Source of the DNA: Eledone cirrhosa | Taxonomy: Eukaryota | Length of the DNA: 64,000 nt | Assembly (NCBI GenBank): GCA_964016885.1 | Contig: OZ024740.1 | Location: 131,998,001 to 132,062,000, forward strand | Direction: 5' to 3' | In this document: positions 55,501-64,000 of the stretch, piece after piece | Layout of the letters: each line of letters starts with the position of its first letter | Numbering within the stretch: position 1 is the first letter of the stretch | Position numbers and translations under genes: made by a program | Notes under the pieces: model-generated | What the model saw: only the letters and a program-made list of their open reading frames with translations | What the model was told of the DNA's origin: nothing | The model's database searches: none

Positions 55501-56015
55501 ACTGTTTGTGACAATCGACACGGTAAAGCGATTAGTAACTTGCAACCGATAGGACTCTATCTCTCAACTAGCCACTGATTTACAAATTTTACGTGGGGAC
55601 AGGAAGCTAAAATGAATCAATCTTTTTGTTCCTGTCAGAAACTCTCAGCCAACGTGTCTCACACACAAATTATCAAGGGGTGAAAAGATGGTTATTAGAA
55701 ATAGCAGTTCACATTGATATCAAATAGAATGGTAGCATTCGGTTCATGTCTCGAAGGCCATGGCTAGATGAAAGCGATGGAAACAATGGTAGTGCCAAGA
55801 ACCTTTAACGGACATTAAATGCGATCATCCAGTATATATCAATATAGTAGCGAGCTGAAATGTGTCAGCCACGTGCGTAGATAACCAGTCTAATTCACAA
55901 CTTAAAAGGGTGAGAGACAAAATTAGTAGCAGGAAAAAGAGTGGATATCAAAACAAAAACACAATAAAAAGTGAAAAATTGTTTAACTTACTTTCAATAT
56001 TCCGCTCGCAGGGAG

Positions 56016-56198
56016 ATAATAATTGTTTCTACTTTAGGCACAAGGCCAGAAATTACCCAGCACATTACTGGTACTTTATTTTATCGACCCCGTAAGGATG
56101 AAAGGCAAAGTTAACCTCGGCGGGATTTGAACTGAGACTGTAAAGGGACGTAACTATGCTAGAAAGCATGGCGTTCAACCCTCTACCGATACTGCCAA
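56016..56198 (-). mobile_element. tRNA-derived SINE
   Basis: B-box-like gttcaaatcc on the minus strand. Core gcctttcatccttacggggtcgataaaataaagtaccag resembles the Meta-SINE domain. Confidence 0.82.
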
Positions 56199-56515
56199 TA
56201 AGGGTTGACGGACCCAGCATATTTATCAATGCCAATACCGGTTGTATCTCAGCGCACTCAATGAGCAATGCAATATACATTACCAGAGTATACACATTGT
56301 TATTTGCCTCAACACAACACACGTAAAAGTGGAGCCTATTTGGTCTCGGACTCGAGTTTCTGCCGCACTAATAAGCAGTAACGTGCACTGCACCATATAT
56401 CTGCATATATTATGCAACAATGCACAATCGGCTTGTGCGGCTTCATCAGCGGGTATCGCCTAATCAATAACCAATCGATCGACAGAACCAAACACCGGCC
56501 CATGCCGGTCATGAT
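56198..56515 (-). repeat. ~320-bp HHR-containing repeat, copy B (HHR 56346-56453)
   Basis: Diverged direct repeat of 55181-55500 with the same core and CUCGAG palindrome. Confidence 0.8.
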
Positions 56516-56535
56516 GTGTGTATATATATATATAA

Positions 56536-56629
<94 letters not shown>

Positions 56630-57015
56630 TATTAAAGCCTAAATAGTAAATACTTCGCAAACGACACCATGTGCCATTTATTCCACTCCTGTCTTTACTC
56701 ACGCTTCAAAAATGTTAATGTATGCTGTGTTATGCCAAATGCAGTACCGTATTGATAACTCATATTCACTCACTAATAACATGTATATAGTGCAAGTGTG
56801 TAATCCCTTGTGTGACCACCTCAGCGAATGCCACTTTCGTGTAGTAATTCTGTATTCACTTGGTATCCACAACGCCCTTCATCAGTTGGAGTCGGATGTT
56901 TTTGCGATCTGCTGCTGGCTTCACATAGCACCGTATGAGATATACAGTATTTAGTATGGCGTCCAAGAAGAAACCCACGATATGGGAGGTGGCGACATAT
57001 AATAATGTGTCACGG

Positions 57016-57119
<104 letters not shown>

Positions 57120-57479
57120 TGTGTATGTGTGTGTGTATTTGTGCGTGTGTGTGTGTGTGTATACGTTGTAAGTTGAATCGAAGTCAGTGTTGCAGGATAT
57201 ATACAAACTTAATCGGCCCCTTAGAATCATTTTGATATCTATCAGCTTCGGGTACTATCAAAATAGTAGGGCCCGACTCTTCTCGACATCTCGTCATATA
57301 TACGAGTTTTCATGTACAAAGGCGCATCTAAAATCTAGTCACACATCTAACATATAGACACACACACACATACACGCGCACAGACAAATATACACACGAA
57401 GAGACACACACACAGGCACACGCACACATACACACACAGATATATATAGGTTTCGATGAAAAGTTCATATGCAGCGGAC

Positions 57480-58330
57480 TGTTTAATATATGTTTTTAAT
57501 GTAACTACTATCGACTTCTCTTTGAAATAGTCCACATTTCCAATGGTGTTACTACATTAAGAGATGTCGTTTCAGCTTTATCAATAGGGTAACAGTGGGT
57601 ATCTGAATTTAGGAGGGGAAGGGAGTCTCTTGAAGATGACACATGATGTGAACGTCCTGCAACACCCACCACCGCGAGAGAAACATTGATCAAGTTGAGC
57701 ACCTCGGTGACAGTTGACTATGAATCAAATAGCAAATGCAATTAGCGTATCCTATGGGGGGGGGGGGTTTCACCACTTTCAGTCAGAGACAAAGAGAAAA
57801 TCCATGAAGTGGAATCACCCCTTCTCCCCTACTCGAAAGAAGGCTAAGTTCTTTTCATCTGCAGGGAAGTTGATTGTCTCAGATGTCGCGATCATTTAAT
57901 ATCTTCAAAAGAGCCAGCATGCTCATGGAGATAAATATGTCTTTAAGTCCACACACCGAGTAAAACAGATGAAAGGGGTCTTGTTTCATCAAGACAATGC
58001 TCATGCACAAAAGTCTTTGGTTTCAATAGCTGACGTGCGTGACTAAGACATTGAAGTGGTTGATTACCTTCCCTTTTCTCCTGATATCTTCCCATCGTCT
58101 GTTCCACAAGATAAAGGTTACACTACTGTGGGAACTATTATGGCTGTGGTGATGGCATCATATCTGCTGTTGATGACATTTTTTACGAACAGGATGAAAG
58201 CGACTACAACTATGTGAACCAAACACGCCAACACCAAGGCAAGTAGTGTGTGGACCTCAAGGAGGCCTATGCTAGGAAATACATCCCATTTGGTGACATT
58301 CCATGAGACCATTTTCGCCAGCCCGTGTAT
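57480..58330 (+). mobile_element. Degenerate mariner transposase remnant
   Basis: W..EFRRGRESLEDD...RPAT.TT.ENI, ETKRKSMKWNHPFSPTRKKAK..SAGKL, LFHQDNAHA and PFSPDI.PS. Confidence 0.8.
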
Positions 58331-58613
58331 TTTTCAGTATACACTCGTATGTATAATATATATATATATATATGTGTGTGAGTGTGTGTGTGTGTGAGTG
58401 TGTGCGTGTGTGTGTTTGTAAAAGGTAAACAGAAATAACAACATAACCGGTAGAGTACATGTGGGTAACCACGGTAAGTAAGCTACTCAATACATAGCAG
58501 AATACACATATTTAGTATAGAAATGGATTCTACAGGTCTAAAACTGTTTCTTCCGGGAGGGATGGGATTCTGATGATTTCTCCCGAATGAACAGTTATAG
58601 TTCTGTAGTAGCA

Positions 58614-58682
<69 letters not shown>

Positions 58683-58685
<3 letters not shown>

Positions 58686-58726
58686 TAAGTATACGTACAT
58701 ACATATATGTATACAGACTACAGTAG

Positions 58727-58774
<48 letters not shown>

Positions 58775-59189
58775 CAAACATGCACACATATATATATATG
58801 TACGTATGGATTCACCGAACATTTATTATGAGGCTCGGTGTGTTTGTAAACAAACATCCCAAATTAAGCCGTACAGTGTCTAGCAACCATCGTTGCTCAT
58901 TTGTTCAACTCTGACAAAGGAACGCTGACCTAGTGCCAAGCTTATTAGCTATCGTCAGCAACGTATACCTTCCTGCCAGATGGTTGAACGTCTGAAAGTA
59001 TTTACTTTCCATATGCATATTAACGGCTGAGCAGCCTAATTTGCATACCGAATGAGTTAATCGCCCGGGGTACCGAAAACGATAAACGGAAAAAATGAAA
59101 CGAAATTTCATTTCTCACACTTAGTACGGCTGTTGCTTAAATATAAGTATGTATACATACATACATATATGTATACAGACGTACAGTAG

Positions 59190-59275
<86 letters not shown>

Positions 59276-59503
59276 TATACATACATGCACACATATATAT
59301 ATGTACGTACGGATTTACCGAACATTTATTATAATGCTCGGTGTGTTTGTAAACAAACATCCAGAATTAAGCCGTACAGTGTCTAGCAATCATCGTTGCT
59401 CATTTGTTCAACACTGACAAAGGAACGCTGTACTAGTTTCAAGCTTATTACCTATCGTCGGCAACGTATACCTTCCTGCCAGATGGTTGAACGTCTGAAA
59501 GTA

Positions 59504-59510
<7 letters not shown>
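58683..59510 (-). mobile_element. Retrozyme-like tandem (~1.7 units, 503-bp period), same family as 48061-48585
   Basis: HHR motifs at 58922-58964 (GAAA decayed) and 59425-59467 (CCGACGA core). Shared flanks and ATGCAAAT. Confidence 0.78.
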
Positions 59511-59532
<22 letters not shown>

Positions 59533-59535
<3 letters not shown>

Positions 59536-60435
59536 CAAGTGGAAGCTTAGTAAAATCGAAGCTTTGGCTGTGGGCAAGCAAAGCCGACCTACAATAGGAA
59601 TGAATTGGCAAAGCACTCAATAAGGTTAGGTCTTTAGAGTAATAACATACGTTTAAATAGCTTGACAAATTGAACATTGCGGTAGGCAAAACCGAACCAC
59701 ACAATACCAAAGTGACGACAGAACTAATAGGTTAAAAGATACACCAGGACAAATCAAACGATATACGTCTAAAGTGTTTCTATGAAACCGAAATCAGTTA
59801 TCCAACTTACGTAACACGCACGCTCGTGGTATTCCATGATCAAACAGAGGATTCATTTCATCAACAGGGATTCCGTTCTGCCTCAAAGCGGTGTGAACAA
59901 ACAAAATGCGGCTGCTAAGAATGCAGCCAGCGAACACTTCGTTGTCACGTGTCATTTCCAACAAGGGAAGTATCCCCAGGTTTTGGCGGGTAAATTCAAA
60001 GTGTTAACAAGGGAAATATTATAATTTCCGCTCAAACATTCCGAATAAAAGCTCTGAACCAAATGTTATTCAACACAAATAATTAACCAATCAACAGAAT
60101 TATCTAATTAAATTAATTTGTTAATTATTAAATCTAGGAGAAAATAATACAAGTGGAAGCTTAGTAAAATCGAAGCTTTGGCTGTGGGCAAGCAAAGTCG
60201 GCCTACAATAGGAATGAGTTAGCAAAGCACTCAATAAGGGTAGTCCTTAGAGTAATAACATACGTTTAAATAGCTTGACAAATTGAACATTGCGGTAGCA
60301 AAACCCAACCACACAATACCAAAGTAACGATAGAACTAACAGGTTAAAAGATACACCTGGACAAATCAAACGATATACGTGTAAAATGTTTCTATGAAAT
60401 CCGAAATCATTTATCCAACTTACGTAATACGCACA
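59533..60435. repeat. ~290-bp direct repeat, ~614-bp period
   Basis: atacaagtggaagcttagtaaaatcgaagc at ~59533 and ~60147. Confidence 0.9.
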
Positions 60436-61361
60436 TGTATTTGTGACAAGTATGCAGCGAATATCAAATAAGTTATTACTGTTGTTATTTTTTCATTATT
60501 TATGTACGTAAAGAGTTAAATGTAATAGAACTGTGTCTACAACTCTGTCATCTGTAGTTGACAAAACATTACTCCTGTTATGTCCATATAGTTTGACATT
60601 GCCTCATTTTAAATTGTACTAAGTAAAATTTATTTTTATTCAGAAGTGTCTATTAATTCTAGAATAAATTGCACCTTTTAAAGCAAAAACATGAGCTAGA
60701 ATTTCTGAAAAATAATGTTCCAAAGTTGTAAAGAAATACACATGTGTGAATGTAATAAACTAAAAAATCGTAGTTTTAAATATAATTGGATTTTATGATG
60801 GTTGACCGTCGTATATTCACTGAAAAGAAACATTTTATACGTTAAACACTATGAAAAAAAAGCATAAGAGTTATTATATTTATATTTATATATTTATGGT
60901 ATCTGAAATGGCATTTGAATATACTGATTTAAATGTAAAATTCAGAATACAAATTTAATGTTGTCATATTCGATAATAAATAACAATATTACGGATTTTC
61001 CTGTCAAATGAAAATAAATGAAATAAAAGAAAAATGATGTGTTTAAATTTTAAAATAGGGATGTTTTTACGAGACAAAATTCAAAAATCGTCTAGTATAA
61101 TAGAGCAGACATAGAGACATGCCTATACATACACTTGTATAGACACAAATATGAATGGATTCTTCCCTCTTTCAGTTCATATTAGATTATAAATATATCT
61201 GTTTGTGTATATGCATTTATAGATGTATTCATAAATATATACAGATTTACATAAGTTTACACACACACACACAAGCGCACAACCAAATGCTCACTTAATC
61301 AAGGACATCAGCGCTCAAACACAGACACTTATATGTAGAAATATAATCATATATATATATT

Positions 61362-61695
61362 TTAATAAAAGAAATTCCAACTTTGTCTGATTTACTCGTT
61401 TTATTTTCAATCCTTTGAAATTTATAATAGTATTAGAATGAAATAGTATGGTAGAATATGAAATGTTAAACAAGTACTTTCATATTCTGTGGTGACATTC
61501 AAGTTTGCAATTTTCAACTTGGCTGTCACCTGTCACATAATGAACCTGAAGATTGCGAAAGCATGAAAGTACTGGTTCAATTAACACTTAACATTTAATA
61601 TTCTACCATAATATTTCATTCTAATACCATTATAAATGTTAAAGGATTGTAAATAAAACGAGTAAATCAGACAAAGTTGGAATTCCTTTTATTAA
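61362..61695 (+). repeat. Fold-back element (~120-bp inverted arms) containing a hammerhead motif at 61538-61583
   Basis: Arms 61362-61483 and 61563-61695. uaaugaac-CUGAAGA-uugcgaaagcau-GAAA-GUAC-UG-guucaauua. Confidence 0.8.
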
Positions 61696-61735
61696 TATAA
61701 TCTTCTATACACAATCATACACATCCGTGTATATT

Positions 61736-61773
<38 letters not shown>

Positions 61774-62667
61774 AAGAGAGAGATTGAGAGAGATAGATAG
61801 ATAAATATAAATATATCATAGGGTGGGATAAACGTTTCATATGAAGTTGTAAATTCTTGCATATATAAATTTCAAACTCCTTTTAATTTATAACTGCTTT
61901 GTTTTTTTTTCCAGAGCTTACGTTGAAAGATAACCCTTATTTGGTAATTCCGTAGGGGTATCTCGGTCAGCCTATGAACCCTTCACCCACGCCTTCGCAC
62001 CCCCCCCCCTCCCCACACAAAATATATATGTGTGAAAGCGATATAAGGTTTTGTTTATGTATATATGGAATAAACGTTTCAACAAGAAAGCTGCTTACTA
62101 GAATGATTGACTTGACGGTATTCTCTTTGAATTTTACAGCCTAAATATCCAAGAAGGTGAATATGATATATATATAGGTCGAGAAAGGATCACGGAATAT
62201 ATTGATATAAGCAAGTATTGCACAAGGAAAAAAAACACCAGCGAAAAGATATTATGAATTTATTTGCATTCACATATGTTTCTGTTTATTATAAATTGTC
62301 TACATATACTGACAATAATATATATTGTTCCATCATAGGCAATACTTAATCATGTATTACACTTCATCAGAAAGCATATAGTAGTCGAATTCAACTATTC
62401 ACTACGCGCTAGAATTCAGTAATATGATTTTAGCTTAAGAAAATGTAAATAAGTTAAAATAACATGGAATACAGTCAGTTAGTGTGATAGTAGAGAGGAG
62501 AAGGTGTAGGGTGAAAGAGTTTCGCACTATCAATCCATGTGCTAAGCCAACGAATGCCGTCAGCAGTGCAGCCAAGCACTATTTTACAGTCAATTGCACA
62601 CCGAGAAACGCCCGCAGCACAAACAAAGAAAAAGACATAAAGATTGCATAACAAAAACAAACTTAAT

Positions 62668-62853
62668 TGTTTCTACTTTAGGCACAAGGCCAGCAATTAC
62701 CCAGTGCATTACTGGCACTTTATTTTATCGACCCCGTAAGGATGAAAGGCAAAGTCAACCTCGTCGGGATTTGAACTCAGACCATAAAGGGACGTAACTA
62801 TGCTGGAAAGCATGGCGTCCGACCCTCTACCGATACTGCCAATCCACCGCCCT
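62668..62853 (-). mobile_element. tRNA-derived SINE with 19-bp target-site duplication
   Basis: TSD taacaaaaacaaacttaat at 62649-62667 and 62854-62872. B box gagttcaaatcc. Confidence 0.9.
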
Positions 62854-63136
62854 TAACAAAAACAAACTTAATGTTCAACAGTTTGAAGTTCAAAACTGGG
62901 AAGTGCTTGATTTAAAGAGGAATGAATGTAGAAGACATGAGATGGAAGGCTGCAGAATGTTTGAAAAGAGACGTCTTGACCTTTAAAAACTTAAACGTCA
63001 TTTTCGAAATGGCCACACAATGAACTACAATAAAAACACTGGGAGCTGGAATTGTGAGGTGTGTGGTCGTCTAAATGTGGGTACACCTCTTATTTAAAAA
63101 CACATAAAATGGCAACACCATGAAGCTAATAATAAT

Positions 63137-63315
63137 TGTTTCTACTTTTCGCACAAGGCCAGCAATTACCACAGTTCATTACTGGTACTTTATTTTATGG
63201 ACGCGTGAGGATGAAAGGAAAAGTTAATCTCGGACTTGAACTCAGACCATAAAGGGCCGTAATTATATGCTGCAAAGCATGGTGTCCTACTCTCTACTGA
63301 TACTGCCAATCGCCC
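63137..63315 (-). mobile_element. tRNA-derived SINE with ~12-bp TSD
   Basis: Same family. gctaataataat flanks both sides. Confidence 0.82.
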
Positions 63316-64000
63316 GCTAATAATAATACTAGGTGATATAACATGTGTGGTGTGACAAATCCTCTGCAAATAAATCTCAGGTATTAAATAGCATATGAGG
63401 GTACATAATGACGTCATCCCACAAACTGACCCATTCAATCCAATAGAGGGAACATATTTTGTCTGTTACGTTTTCTGCAGACCGTACAAATGTAATGCTG
63501 GATTATAAAGCCACATAAGAGGCCATAAACAGAAGTCTGTAGTTGGTGACGGTTGATGGAGATGCATAGGGAAACGGCAATCATCTACAGACATGGAGCA
63601 ATCACTATATATATATATATATGAAGGCACGTGGCTGATGCGTTATGTCCTTGATCAAGACGCTTTATTGTATGCTGCTCTTTCTTCCTGGATTTGCGAC
63701 CGACAGATAGTATTATCAATTGTTGCTGGTTGATGTGCGGGCTGTGCTGCTGCTCGTGCTTTTGGAGTAGCCGGTGAGATGTCTTGGACATCTTAGCTTC
63801 GAGCGATAGCTATTTAGCTATCATTAAGAAGCAGAGAGTGAGAGAGAGAAAGACGTTGACTGAGATAAAAGAATATAAGTGCTTGTATATCAGTAGTGCG
63901 AATGTGTACACACCATGAGAAACTAAACCTCGTCTTCCATAATATTACATTGTATAATATCTATACAGCATAGATAAGAAACTTGGAAATAATTGGTAAA

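Noticed and set aside
58530-58610. Imperfect hairpin containing ctgatga, and a possible decayed HHR on the minus strand
   Set aside because: No correctly placed GAAA on the plus strand, and the minus-strand core has two mismatches.

Overview
This is AT-rich eukaryotic DNA made almost entirely of mobile elements and microsatellites. The SINE and microsatellite content suggests an octopod cephalopod (inference). No host gene could be called with confidence. (1) 1-18 kb is a near-identical ~5.27-kb tandem array of a defective R4/Dong-type (RT + restriction-like endonuclease) non-LTR retrotransposon tailed by (TAA)n. It ends in a chimeric fourth copy that abuts an intact 1129-aa R4-type element of a second family. 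(2) 29.6-34.8 kb is a degenerate Helitron interrupted by two stacked Penelope-like elements (PLEs). (3) 43-63 kb holds RTE, mariner, PLE and SINE remnants. The most notable layer is invisible in the ORF track: about a dozen type I hammerhead ribozyme motifs with palindromic stem III, read by eye between 24 and 62 kb. Several lie in ORF-less 430-500 bp units present as 1.x-mer tandem copies that share an ATGCAAAT octamer, which suggests a retrozyme-like (circular-RNA-derived) family. Several show fold-back inversions at their 5' ends. All structures were paired by hand and need computational and experimental confirmation.
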